Source of the DNA: Mustelus asterias
Lineage: Eukaryota
Length of the DNA stretch: 64,000 nucleotides
Reading direction: 5' to 3'
NCBI RefSeq assembly: GCF_964213995.1
Contig: NC_135804.1
Coordinates: 21,018,001-21,082,000, forward strand
Both the position numbers and the translations under genes were made by a program. Shown here piece after piece: positions 11,824-23,501 of this stretch. The notes beneath the pieces were generated by a model that saw only the letters and a program-made list of their open reading frames with translations, was not told the DNA's origin and made no database searches. Each line of letters begins with the position of its first letter. Positions within the stretch are counted from its first letter, which is position 1.

Positions 11824-11843
11824 TTGATCTTAGCCAAAAGGCC
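11824..11843 (-). pseudogene. 20-nt fragment identical to U2 snRNA nt 11-30
   Basis: Reverse complement GGCCTTTTGGCTAAGATCAA equals the U2 5' region; the flanks do not continue the match. Confidence 0.5.
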
Positions 11844-12634
11844 ACTGCTCTAAATCTAAAAGAAGCACTGTCATCAGATCAGAATTATGAAAGTCGAGCT
11901 CACACGGTTTATTAATACATAATGATAAAAAAACTCGTTACGTAACATCGTAAGATCAATGCGTGTGTGTGTCTCTGTGAGATTTATTACCCCCAAAAAA
12001 GTATAAATATTGCAGAATCCGAGACATTGGTTCTGCCCAGATTTAAAAACAAGCTCGGGGGGAAAGAAAACAAGATACACGAAAAAAAACAGCCCAACTT
12101 CGAAGCGGATGTTGATAAGTCACGCACCGACGAGCAACAAGTGAAGTTAACTTCCCCAAACACTGTGCTTGTGATACAGTTTCAGTTTCACGCAGTTTCA
12201 CTCTGGAGTGAAGGGGATATAATCCTCCTTGGAGCGGGGTTAAATCTCACACAAGGGAGGCTTTTGGGTCTCTCATCATGTCCAGACTCCTCGTACCTCT
12301 GCTATGAAATCCCCAAAGTAAACGCATCTCCCCTTTTTACCAGTTTTGGTCCTGGCTGTGTATATGTATCGAGCTCTCACAGAGAGCAACAAGTTAGCAA
12401 AGTCCCAGTTGCTTTTCTAACAGGACACACAGACAATAATATTTCAGGATTTGATCAAACCGGGGATTATCCCGGGGATTTGCAACTGATGTACTGCTGG
12501 GGCAGGTAATTTCCACCGCCTGAGTGTATTTTAAAACGCCATGGCTTTATTCTGATCTTGCAATAAGAAGTTGCTATTAAACGGAACCGCTACCGACAAT
12601 TCTAGGTTATACCGTAAAGAACTATAACTCTCAC

Positions 12635-12698
12635 CTTGAATTTCTGCTTTGACTGGCTCTGGATTTTCCCTTTTATTTCCTGTGAAGAGCGATTGCAT
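12635..12698 (-). CDS. BCO1: BCO1-like beta-carotene 15,15'-oxygenase, exon 1 (MQSLFTGNKRENPEPVKAEIQG)
   Basis: ATG at 12698-12696; 64 coding nt, then G|gtgaga donor. Peptide and length match vertebrate BCO1 exon 1 (MDIIFGRNRKEQLEPVRAKVTG). Could be a BCO1-like paralogue. Confidence 0.85.
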
Positions 12699-13174
12699 TG
12701 TGATAGCAGCAACAGGGTGCGAGTTCTCTTAGTGTCTGCGTTACAGCTCTCTCTCTCTCTCTCTGGAAATAGGTCTATCAGTCTCACTAAAAGAGCGCCA
12801 CCAAACTGTAGAGTTTAAAAAATCTGCTTTCATGCACTGCTGACCTAATGTGGAGGAAAAGGCAAAACACAGCTGATAACAGTCCAGTGTTAAGTGAAAG
12901 CACGCACCAAAACACACTAAAAACTTGTTTTCTGCCCATGTTAAACCACAGAATCCCTGCAGACCAGAAGGAGCCCATTCCACCCATTACGACTCCGAGG
13001 AAGGGTCATCCAGACTCGAAATGTTAGCCCTATTCTCTCTCCACAGATGCTGTCAGACCCGCTGAGATTTTCCAGCATTTTCTGTTTTTGTGTCACCCAC
13101 CACACCTGTAACCCCCGCAGATTCACCCGCAGGCTATTCCAACTAACCTACACATCCTTGGACTCTAAGGACAC

Positions 13175-13708
13175 AGGGGCAGCACAGTGCTGCCTCACAG
13201 CGCCGGGAACCTGGGTTCAATTCTGGTCTGGGGTGACTGTGTGGAGGTTGCACATTCTTCCCATGTCTGCATGGGTTTCCTCCGACAGTCCAAAGATGTG
13301 CGGGTTATTTGGATTGGCCATGCCAAATTGTCCCAAGATATTAGGGGGATTAGTGGGCTAAATACTTGGGTTTACAGGAACAAATCTGGGTGGCATTGCC
13401 GCTTACAGTCAGGGGGATTATGTGGGGTTACAAGGATAGGGCTTGGGTGGGATTGTTGTTGGTGCAGTCTTGATGGGCCGAATGGCCTCCTCCTGCACAG
13501 TAGAGATTCTATGATTTTGTGACTAAGGGATGAGGGATTTAGCATGACCAATCCACCTAACCTACACATCCTTGAACTGAGGAAGGAAACCAGAGGAAAC
13601 CCACACAGGGAAGAAGTGCAAACTCCATACAGAGAGTCACCCAAGGCCAGAATCGAACCCGGCTCCTTTACGCTGGGAAGCAGCAGTGCGAACCACTGTG
13701 CCACCATA
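13175..13708. mobile_element. Inverted SINE pair upstream of the BCO1-like gene
   Basis: Plus copy about 13175-13520, minus copy about 13530-13708. Confidence 0.75.
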
Positions 13709-14252
13709 TGGCACAAGAGAGTTTTCTTTCTGCCACACTTTATTCCTACCACCAATTTCAAATTGTCATGCCCAATTTTAAGAAGTTTTACATGAAAGTC
13801 TTGTTTAGAGCAGGTACCTCAAACACTCGACTATCAACAATGTTGTTAACTTTCCCGGCACCGATCCACTGGGCCGAATGGCCTCTCCTGTAACACTCTG
13901 ACTTCTTAAAACATCTAGCCCGATCCTATCAAATTTCCAAACCCATTGCTTTAAATATTAAAGAAATAATTGTTGAGATGTCAAAATTCCTGCTTACAGA
14001 AAGATTGCTTCCAAACTAATCTTCACGATTTGAAAAACCCTGAAGGTTCTTGTACAACAAGCAGCATTAGAACAGCTAAAATAAGAAAAAGCTGTTTACT
14101 TCCCAGTCTCTCTGACATCTGTTACTTTAAAGACTTGCCTGTGACCACCACAAATACTCCACACGGATTCTCCAGCTGGAAACCAGAGCAGTGGAGATGA
14201 ACGTTGTTCAAGTTCCTTATTTGATACACAATAAACGCTGGCACTTTGAACA

Positions 14253-14336
14253 AATAAACCTGTTGGACTTTAACCTGGTGTTGTTAAACTTCTTACTGTG
14301 TTTACCCCAGTCCAACGCCGGCATCTCCACATCATG
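14253..14336 (+). mobile_element. Very short Penelope-like 3' terminus insertion
   Basis: Same terminal sequence as the other copies; 10-bp TSD ACTTTGAACA at 14243-14252 and 14337-14346. Confidence 0.8.
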
Positions 14337-14671
14337 ACTTTGAACAGGAACAGTAGCTTAGTGATCATGCTGACAGATTATAGTGTTGTCAACCCTCCAG
14401 GATTGAAGACCATACTTCTGAACACCGCAATGTGTAACCCTGGAGAAACACCATAGGGATATTAAAAGAGAGATTCCTTTTTGCTTCATTTTCTTTGAAC
14501 ATCTCTTTGATTTGATTCATTTTATTTTGTCACATGTATTAACATACAGTGAAAAGTATTGTTTCTTGCACGCTATACAGACAAAGCATACCGTTCATAG
14601 CGAAGAAACGAGAGTATGAAAGTATTGAAAATTGGCGAATAAATTGTTCTTTGGTTGATAGCCAAGTACCT

Positions 14672-14950
14672 GGGCGGCACGGTGGCACAGTGGTTAGCAC
14701 AGCTGCTTCACATTGCCGGGGACCCAGATTCAATTCTAGCCTCGGGTCACTGTCTGTGTGGAGTCTGTACATTCTCCCTATGTCTGCGTGGGTTTCCTCC
14801 GAGTGCTCCGGTTTCCTCCCACAGTCCACGGGTTAGGTGGATTGGCCATGCTAAATTGACCCTTAGTGTCAGGGTAAATAAGTGAGGTCATGGGGATAGA
14901 GCCTGAGTGGAATGTGGTCGGTGCAGACTCAATGGGCCGAATTCTATTCT
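14672..14950 (+). mobile_element. HE1/V-SINE-type SINE
   Basis: gggcggcacggtggcacagtggttagcac head, V core, gattctatt tail. Confidence 0.85.
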
Positions 14951-15282
14951 ATTTAACATTCAATTGGCATAGGAAGGCAGGATTACAAGGGTGGATGTGT
15001 TGGCCACTATTGGCTGGAGGGTTGGGCCAGTCATGTAATTAAAGCTCCAGGAACACAACTAAACACAGTTGGCGACCCTATTGATAAACTGGACAAATGG
15101 ATCTGAAGATGTGAGTTCAAGTACTACCACTGGATCTGGGTGGGAAATTTAAATTCAGTTAATTAAATATAGAAAAATAAATCTAAATTAAAAAAAACTG
15201 GTGACATGAACTTACTAGCTTGTTCATTTTAGGGAATGAAGCATGGTCGATGTGATGCCAGAGTCACAGTCATGCGATTGAT

Positions 15283-15478
15283 AACCATTATTTTGTAAAT
15301 TGAGTTTGTGCCTTTATATGCCCTGTTTGTGAACAGAACTCCCACTTACCTGACGAAGGAGCAGTGCTCCGAAAGCTAGTGGCTTTTGCTATCAAATAAA
15401 CCTGTTGGACTTTAACCTGGTGTTGTGAGACTTCTTACTGTGTTTACCCCAGTCCAACGCCGGCATCTTCACATCATG
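15283..15478 (+). mobile_element. Penelope-like terminus with hammerhead-like motif
   Basis: Reverse complement of the 43709-43866 segment plus tail; CTGACGA-aGGAGC-agt-GCTCC-GAAA at 15350-15374. Confidence 0.8.
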
Positions 15479-15881
15479 CCTAGGTCGATGCCAGGTTGTT
15501 CGTCCGCTTTCATTTCTTTTGTTGAGACTTTGTAGCGATTGTTACAACTGAGTGGCTTGCTAGGCCATTTCAGAGGGCAGTTGAGAGTTAACCACATTGC
15601 TGTGGCTCTGGAGTCACATGTAGGCCAGACCAGGTAAGGACGGTGGATTTCCTTCCCTAAAGGACGTTAGTGAACCAGATGGGTTTTTACAACAATCGAC
15701 AATGGTTTCATGGTCATCAGTAGACTCTTAATTCCAGAATTTTTTTTATTGAATTCAAATTCCACCATCTGCCTTGGTGGGATTCAAACCCAGGTCCCCC
15801 AGAACATTATCTGGGTTTCTGGATTAATAGTCTAGCAATATTATCACTCGGCCATCGCATCCCCTGCAGAATGTACCTGCA

Positions 15882-16031
15882 GTAAGAAGTCTCACAACAC
15901 CAGGTTAAAGTCCAACAGGTTTATTTGGTATTTGGTAGTATTTGCTACCAAATAAAGCTGTTGGACTTTAACTTGGTGTTGTGAGACTTCTTACTGTGCT
16001 TACCCCAGTCCAACTCCGGCATCTCCACATC
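15882..16031. mobile_element. Penelope-like fold-back terminus insertion
   Basis: About 50-bp inverted arms; 12-bp TSD AATGTACCTGCA at 15870-15881 and 16032-16043. Confidence 0.85.
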
Positions 16032-16420
16032 AATGTACCTGCACCAGATGGACTGCAGCAATTCAGGGAGGTCTCTCACTGCCACCTTTGAGAGCAATTA
16101 GAGACAAATACTAGCTCTCTCATCAATGCCCACATGCGAGAAGTGAGCTGTTAAAAGCAACACAGGAACTTCAAAAACAAAGTCTTGCCACTGCTTGAGC
16201 ATGTCAATAATGTGCATGAAATGTTTCATATTTAAATTTATAGGATGCAAGAAATTCTCGCAATTAGTATTTTACTACAAATAGCATTTAACAATCATCC
16301 CATTTCTGTTTCATATTCAGTAACCTATTACTTTGGCATGTAAACATAGGGAAATAAAGTTGCAATCAGTCCTTACCCAAAGGGTCATAGTCTTAAGGAT
16401 GAGGGGTAAACCTTTAGGAA

Positions 16421-16743
16421 GGGGCGGCACTATGGTACAGTGGTTAGCTCTGCTGCCTCACAGCTCCAGAGACCTGGGTTTGATTCCTGGCTTGGGTGGC
16501 TGTCAGTGTGGAGTTTGCATGTTCTCCCTGTGATGGCATGGGTTTCCTCCAGGTGCTTTGGTTTCCTCCCACTGTCCAAAGATGTGCGGGTTAGGTGTGC
16601 ACGGGCCATGCGAAATTACCCCTTACTGTCCTGGGATGCATAGATTAGGATTAGCGGGGTAAATGAGAGAGGTTATGGGGATTGCTGTTTGTACAGACTC
16701 GATGGGTTGAATGGCCTCCTTCTGCACTATAGGGTTTCTATGA
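16421..16743 (+). mobile_element. HE1/V-SINE-type SINE
   Basis: Head, core and CR1-like tail. Confidence 0.8.
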
Positions 16744-17408
16744 CTGAGATGAGAAGGGATTTCTTCATCCGAAGAGAGGTAAGCCTGTGGAATTCACTAC
16801 CACAGAAGGCATTTGAGGCCAAAACATTATATGTTTTCAAGAAGGAGTCAGATATGGCTCTTGGGGAGAAAGGAATCAAAGGATATGGAGGGAAGGCAGG
16901 ATCAGGCTATTGAGTTGGATGATCAACCATGATCATAATGAATATAACGAAGGGCAGAACAGACACGAAAGGCCAAATGTCCTGCTTTCTTTGTAGACTG
17001 CTAAAACAGATAGTGTTCTTTCTATAAAATAACCAGAGGTTGTTGCAGCGTTATAGAAATTAAATCTAATGAGTCATTGTCTTAAGGAACGGTGGGAAAC
17101 AAGTACATAAAAAGTGTAGATTTATAAATTAGAATCGCTGGTAACATTGCTAATGGAAAAGCAAACTTGGCGAAATGACTCTGGGGGATATGTCATGGTT
17201 TTACTTAATAATACACGTGTTGGCTGTAATCCAGATAGTTCCTTTAATCAATTATCTCTGATGTTGATGCCTTGGGACTGTCATGCTCTAACTTGGTTGA
17301 AGCAAATCCAGAATGCTACACATACACCACCTCGTGGCAGGCTGCTTAATAACCTCTACTCCTCCCACATACTAATAAAAACAGCAAACTGCAGGTAGGA
17401 TTTAATTC

Positions 17409-20225
17409 TTTATTTCAAGATATAAACACATTAAAACTAAATCTGAAATTAACTTCCGCATTTATTCGCACATAAATAATCAAATTACCCATCAAAAAAA
17501 TCAGAACCCAACCAAAAACAAACATATTAAACACAATATATCAACAGAATATATTTACCTCAAAAGAACAATAAAAAACAATGCCAGGCACCTACTTCAG
17601 TGTTTGGAAGAATCTAAAGAGCAAACTTACTGATATTACTATTGTTTACTTGAATTAATGAAAGCAGACAAAAGCTGCAGGTGCTGAAAATCCAAAGTAA
17701 AAGCAGAAAATGCTGGAAATATTATTGGGAGTTGTCAGTTCGCTGACCTTTCGTCAGTTCTGATTCTCCATTGGTGCTGCCTGAGTATTTTCAGCATTTG
17801 TTGCTTCTATTTAAGGGAACTACAGGGCTCGAGTATTTTAAAGCATTTCCAATAGTTAGGCAATCTTGCTGAACATGCTTTTCAGGAAGTATCTCTAAGC
17901 AACCTTTATGGTCTGTGACTATGTCAACGTTCTAGTTTACGCCAGTAATCAGGCACCACCAGAACAGCGCTGTAACAAAATAATTTAAAGGCATTACTTA
18001 TAGGTTAAGAGGAGAGTCTATTAGTACTCGACCAGCAACTTCAGCATTACTGTTTTGAGGCAAATTAAACAGGCTTGGTGATTAAAAAGTTTATTTATTA
18101 GTGTCACAAGTAGTCTTACATTAGCACTGCAATGAAGTTACTGTGAAAATCCCCTAGTCGCCAGTCTCCAGCGCCTGTTCAGGTACACTGAGGGAGAATT
18201 TAGCATGGTCAATGTACCTAACCAGCACATCTTTGGTCTGTGGGAGGAAACCGGAGCACCCGGAGGAAACCCACTCAGACACAGGAAGAATGTGAAACTC
18301 CACACAGACAGTGACCCAAGCCGGGAATCAAACCCGGGTCCCTGGTGCTGTGAGGCAGCAGTGCTAACCACTGTGCCACCCTAAAGAGAGCTAACATCCT
18401 GGTTAGTTCAGTCATATTTTTAAGTTATTTTCAAAACTGCAGCCTATTTTGGAAAAGGAATTCTACCCAAAAAAATGTTTAACCTAAATTGTTGAAAATT
18501 GCGCAGCAACAAATTGTCTGCATGTAGAGTTCACTGTATTATCACGGAGACCTGTTTTAAAAATAAATTAGTAGACCATGGAGTTCTAAAAAAAGTGTCA
18601 ATTTTAGTCCTTGATTTCACCTCAATAGCTTTTTTGAATGAGGCAAAGATAGTGTTGAGATAGACTTGGCTGTGTTGCAATATTATTATGTCTATAATCT
18701 AAAGACTGCAGTTAAAGCACAATTGGATGAACCCAGGCCTAGGCCACTTGTTGAACTGATTATGGGCTACAGCTTAAAATCAAAGATACTCCATAAATAA
18801 AACAAATTGACAAGATTTTACATGGAGCAGTGAAATCTTGTAACCTGATATCACATTGGAATCGATAATTTTAGTGTACCTTCAACATGACAATGAACAT
18901 TTCCTAAAGGTTTAAACGTTTGTAGACAATCTCCAAAAGCACCATTACAAAACTTGCGACTCCATGCTTACTGCCACGTTGAACACTCAAGACTGGTGCA
19001 GGGGATTTTATCTCTGATTTTCTTCCCCCACTCTGAATGATCTCATTTTTCCAAGTCTGAACTGTACACATTCAAATTACAATTTGACAGGTTCATGCAA
19101 ATAAATTATGCTGTATATTATCAAGGGGAACATACACCAGCTACTTGAGTTAACAAATCATACAGAAAGTAGTTAATTGCAATCAGCGAGTAGTTGCACA
19201 AGTAAAAATTTCAGCAAGTTAATATTGTTAATATATCAGCATTTTTAGAAAAAGAGGCAGATATTACACAGGAGGCACTTTTTTAAAATAAGGCCAGATT
19301 TTGTTCAAATTCTTAGCTGCTTGTAGAACTGCAGTTCTTCAACTCTGTTAGTGTTCCTGTTCAGTCAACAGAGCAATGATACCAAACCTATCTCATAAAT
19401 GAGGCTTTAGGACTGCTCACAGGATAAAATCAATTGTTTGTCAAAGTTCTAAAACAGAAGATATCTACCAAAAGCATGTAAGACTTGAGCAGGCCACCAT
19501 CCTAATATCTACAGCATAAAAGGAGATTCTATTACCCACTCTTGTGCCTATTGGTCATGCAGAGACATCAGCACGTTATTGGAAATGATAGTCTACAAGA
19601 AGAGTGCACACATTTTGCAGGAAAAGTTCACTTCAGAAGGTATAGACAGAAGAATAAATAATCTTCAGATATTTCATGTTTTTTCCTTTCCCCACTCCCC
19701 TCCACCCTCAGTTTATCAAGACATTTGCAAAAATTCCCAAATCAATAGTCTGAAAAACAATTTTATAAAGCATCTAATAAAACTTCAGGCGGTCATTGAT
19801 TCTGTGACAATATAATAGTCAAGTCATGTGGCTCTTAGAATCAAGGCTACAAGTGTGCTGCTGAATATCGTACTTTCACTGCAGGTCTAAAGCATGCTTG
19901 CAAGTCAATTTGCATCTGTACATCATATCAATGAGCATATAGGACTTGCCTGTTAGAAACAAACCATTTTATTTTAAATTCAGTGGTAGCAATTATGATT
20001 TTTAATATCTACACATCCCATAAAAGCTCACCCTTTAATATACATATTCGCTTTAATTCAGATTAACTTTTATAAGGGTTTAAAAGTGAAAGCAACCAAA
20101 CTAGTAAGTGAAAGTAAATGTTTTTGGCCATTACACAGATTGTACAGTTAGGTACCACTGGAACACGTACAAAAGATGTTGCAGGATCATTATAGTCAGT
20201 AATTCAGGATTAGACGCCAACTCCA
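17409..20225 (-). other. CHMP1A: Probable CHMP1A 3' UTR with candidate AATAAA signals
   Basis: AT-rich, repeat-poor tract after the stop; minus-strand AATAAA at 19968-19973, 17461-17466 and 17409-17414. The site actually used is unknown. Confidence 0.45.
18085..18382 (-). mobile_element. SINE (second tail type) in the probable CHMP1A 3' UTR
   Basis: Full head, core and tail. Confidence 0.85.
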
Positions 20226-20247
20226 TCAATTCCTCAGAGCAGCCAAT
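20226..20247 (-). CDS. CHMP1A: CHMP1A exon 7 coding part (RLAALRN*; end of the MIM1 motif)
   Basis: ttccag|A TTG GCT GCT CTG AGG AAT TGA. The seven exons total 597 nt = 198 aa plus stop. Confidence 0.93.
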
Positions 20248-20523
20248 CTGGAAGGGAACATTGAAAAGCAACAAGGCCATCAGGAAAAGTTAAAATTACT
20301 TATTCAAATTGTAGTTTTCAAGTATTTAAACAAAGCACAGATTTATGATCTACGACATGGGATGGGAAGGAAGGGGAGGGAGATGACAGAATCGGCAAAA
20401 TGGTGGGGAAAATGATTATTCAAATGCTACATTTTGTGCAAAAAGTGGAAGATTCACTAGATTTGAATGACAACATTTTAGAAAAGTGGTCAGATCAGCG
20501 CTGATTTCATAGACAAAAACGAT

Positions 20524-20654
20524 GGGTGGAATTTTCCGGCCACGCTCACCTCCAAAATTGGAAAATCCCGCCCAAGGTCAACGGACCTGTGCATGGTCTG
20601 CTTCCCCGCTACGATTCCCGTGGCGAGTGGGCGGGATGGGAAAATCTCCCCCCC
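20524..20654. mobile_element. Short MITE-like element
   Basis: Ends gggtggaattttcc and ggaaaatctccccc; GC-rich island in an AT-rich intron. Confidence 0.5.
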
Positions 20655-21214
20655 CCCACCCCCCCAAGGTGATTACAGTCTATAACCTCCAGAGTTTCTA
20701 CACAGTCCAACTCCAATAGGCAGGCCTATAGGCACAGACTTCGAGTCAAGGGAGAAGTAGTTGTAATGATGGTGCCACAGAACATTAAATCTGAACAAGG
20801 ACTCTGTCCTGGAACAAGATTGGTAGTTAGCGCTGTCCTTTGACGGTAGATGGTGAAATGACAACATGCAGATTTCAATGAAACAGTGTTTATTCCTTGA
20901 ACAATACTGAGCCCATCAGGTGTAAACCTGCTTTTTCAACTCAGGAGAGAATAGTTCCCAATTAGGCTTTCACACTCCAAGACTTCAAGGGGCATCTTGA
21001 CAAATACATGAATAGGATGGGAATAGAGGGATATGGTCCCCGGAAGGGTAGGGGGTTTTAGTTCAGTCGGTGCAGACTTGGAGGGCCGAAGAGCCTGTGC
21101 CTGTGCTGTGATTTTCTTTGTTCTTTTGACTACAAACAAGTAACAAGATTAGACTTTTGACAAAATTGGTAGTGTTATTTCTGGGGGAATTTTAAATGAT
21201 TTAAAAAAAAATAT

Positions 21215-22160
21215 TTATTCACAGGATGTGAGCATCACCGGCTAGGCCAACATTTATTGTCCATCCCTATTTGCCCTTGAGAAGGTGGTGGTGAACCACA
21301 TTCTTGAACCATTGCCTTCCATGTGGTGTGGGTACATCCACAGTGCTGTTAGGAAGGGAGTTTCAGGATTTAGACATAGCGACAGTGAAAGAATGGCGAT
21401 AAAATTCCATGGGATGGGATGGTGAGTGGCTTGGAGCGGAACTTTTAGATGGTGGTGTTCCCATGTATCTGCAGCCCTTGTCCTCCTAGATAGTAGCAGA
21501 TTTGGAAGGTGCTGTTGAATGAGTCTTGTGGTTGCTGCAGTGCATCTTGCAGATGGTACACACTGCTGCTACTGTTCACCAGTAGTGGAGGGAGTGAATA
21601 TTTAAAGTTGTTGGTGGAGTAACAATCAAGCAAGCTGCTTTGTCCTGGATGGTATGAAGCTTCTTGTGTGTTGCTGGAGTTGCATTCATCCAGACAAGTG
21701 GGGAGTATTCCGTCACGCTCCTGCCTCATAGATGATGGACAAATTTTGTGGAATCAGGAGGCGAGCTACTCGCCACAGAATTCTCAGTCTCTGATCTACT
21801 CTTAAAGCCACAGAATTTATTTGGCTGGTCCAATTCAGTTTCTGGTCAAGGGTAACTCCCAGGATGTTGATAGCGGGGATTCAGCGATGGTAATGCCACT
21901 GAATGTCAAGGGGAGATGATTAGATCCACTTTTGTTAGAGGTGGTCATTGCCTGGCTGTTGTGTGGTGCAAATGTTACTTGCTATCCCAAGCCTGAATAT
22001 TGACCTGGTCTTACTGCATGTGGACATGGGCTGCTTTAGTATCTACGGAGTCACAATGATGTTGAACATTGTGCAATCATCGGCGAACATTCCCACTTTT
22101 GACCTTATGATGGATGGATGTTCACAGCTGAAGATGGTTGGGCCTAGGACACTAGCCTGA
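21215..22160 (-). mobile_element. LINE family 2 fragment in CHMP1A intron 6
   Basis: PQASVLGPTIFS...VGMFADDCT RT motifs and the same 3' end as 318-972. Confidence 0.8.
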
Positions 22161-22950
22161 GGATCTCCTGCAGTGAAGTCCCCCAAGTTGACAGAGGAGT
22201 GTGAAAAACCAGGACTGGCCAGGCTACCCAATGGCTACGAGAGAGAACTTCAGCTTTACCAAGCAATGCGATCATATTCAACTGGAATAAACAGCATTCC
22301 ACTCACCAGAAAAGGCTTACACAGAACCTCTCAATGGGCTATAGTGGGTATGGCAAAGTTAAATAACTGTCAATCATTTATATTTCAAGATGCTGTAGGA
22401 AATGCCCGAATGGAAATGGGTTTTGGAGCATCATTTATCTCAGAGCCACATCAGGAAGACTTGTTGAAGTCCACAATCTATCTTCAATGTTATATAAAAA
22501 GTTAAAAAATGAAAACAGACATATGAATTAGGAGAAGGCCACTCGGCCCCTCGGGCCTGTTGTGCCATATAATCATGTCTGATCTAATTTCAATCTCAAC
22601 TTCACATCCCTGCCTACTCTCAATAAACTCGCACCCCCTTTCTTTACAAGAATCTATGTAGCTCTGCCTGAAAGATATTCAAGGACTCTGCCTCAGCTGC
22701 CTTTTGAGGAAGAAAATTCCAAAGTCTCACAACCCTGAGATTTCTTTTTCTCATCTGTCTTAAAGGGGTGATTTCTTATTTTGAAACAGTGACCCCTAGT
22801 TCTGGATTCTCCCTCAAGTGGAAACATCCTCCCCACATTCACCTGATCAAGTCCCATCAGGATCTTATAAGTTTCAATCAAATCGCCTCATTCTCTTCTG
22901 AACTCCAGCAGATACAAGTCTAGCCAATGCAAGTGCCCCACGGTTCCCAC

Positions 22951-23144
22951 CTTTTTGAAAGCTGGTCCTCCTTGTCCTGTTCACGAACGGAGGATTCACC
23001 AAGGGACGCTGCACCTTCTGGAAGTTGGTTCAGTTGGTCCATGACCTCCAGACCATTCTCCTCTGCAATCTGCAGAATTAGATTATCGACCTGTTCTTGA
23101 GGAGTGGTCAGTGTCATTGCAGAGCTCATGGAGTCCTCCATCAC
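22951..23144 (-). CDS. CHMP1A: CHMP1A exon 6 ([34 protein letters not shown]...[10 protein letters not shown])
   Basis: 194 nt, ttctag| acceptor and |gtggga donor. Confidence 0.96.
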
Positions 23145-23372
23145 CTAGAAGTATAGATATGCCACTTAGTTCAACCGGATAGTAATAAATTAAGCAAGCA
23201 TTTACGCTTAACCATAAAGACAGGTAGAAAAAAAAGGGAAACAGTAAGAACCATCCCAACAGCATAGATACAATGAACTAAAACATTTATGGAGAAAATA
23301 AAGACAAATAGAGGATCAAAAAATATGCATACAAATTTCACTGTCATCTTCAACAATATAAAAAGTACTCAC

Positions 23373-23501
23373 TGAAGTATGGACATCAAGGTTCTGAACC
23401 TGTTGTTCAAATTTGTCCATTACAGCAGAAATCTTTTGTAGATCCATTGATTTCAGTGCCTTGTCCAGTCCTTGTGTTACACGCGCCATATTCTTTGTAA
23501 C
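23373..23501 (-). CDS. CHMP1A: CHMP1A exon 5 ([43 protein letters not shown])
   Basis: 129 nt, ttctag| acceptor and |gtgagt donor. Confidence 0.96.

Noticed and set aside
11967-12509. 180-aa plus-strand ORF in BCO1-like intron 1
   Set aside because: Starts at GTG, has no recognisable domain or splice context, and is antisense to the host gene; likely a chance ORF.
14549-14885. Recurrent short ORFs (MVSTAASQ..., MDCGRKPEHPEETHAD..., GHCLCGVCTFS...)
   Set aside because: Translations of the SINE head and core, repeated at every SINE copy; not genes.
15882-16031. Recurring repeats as a possible CRISPR array or miRNA cluster
   Set aside because: No repeat-spacer periodicity; explained by Penelope-like termini with TSDs.
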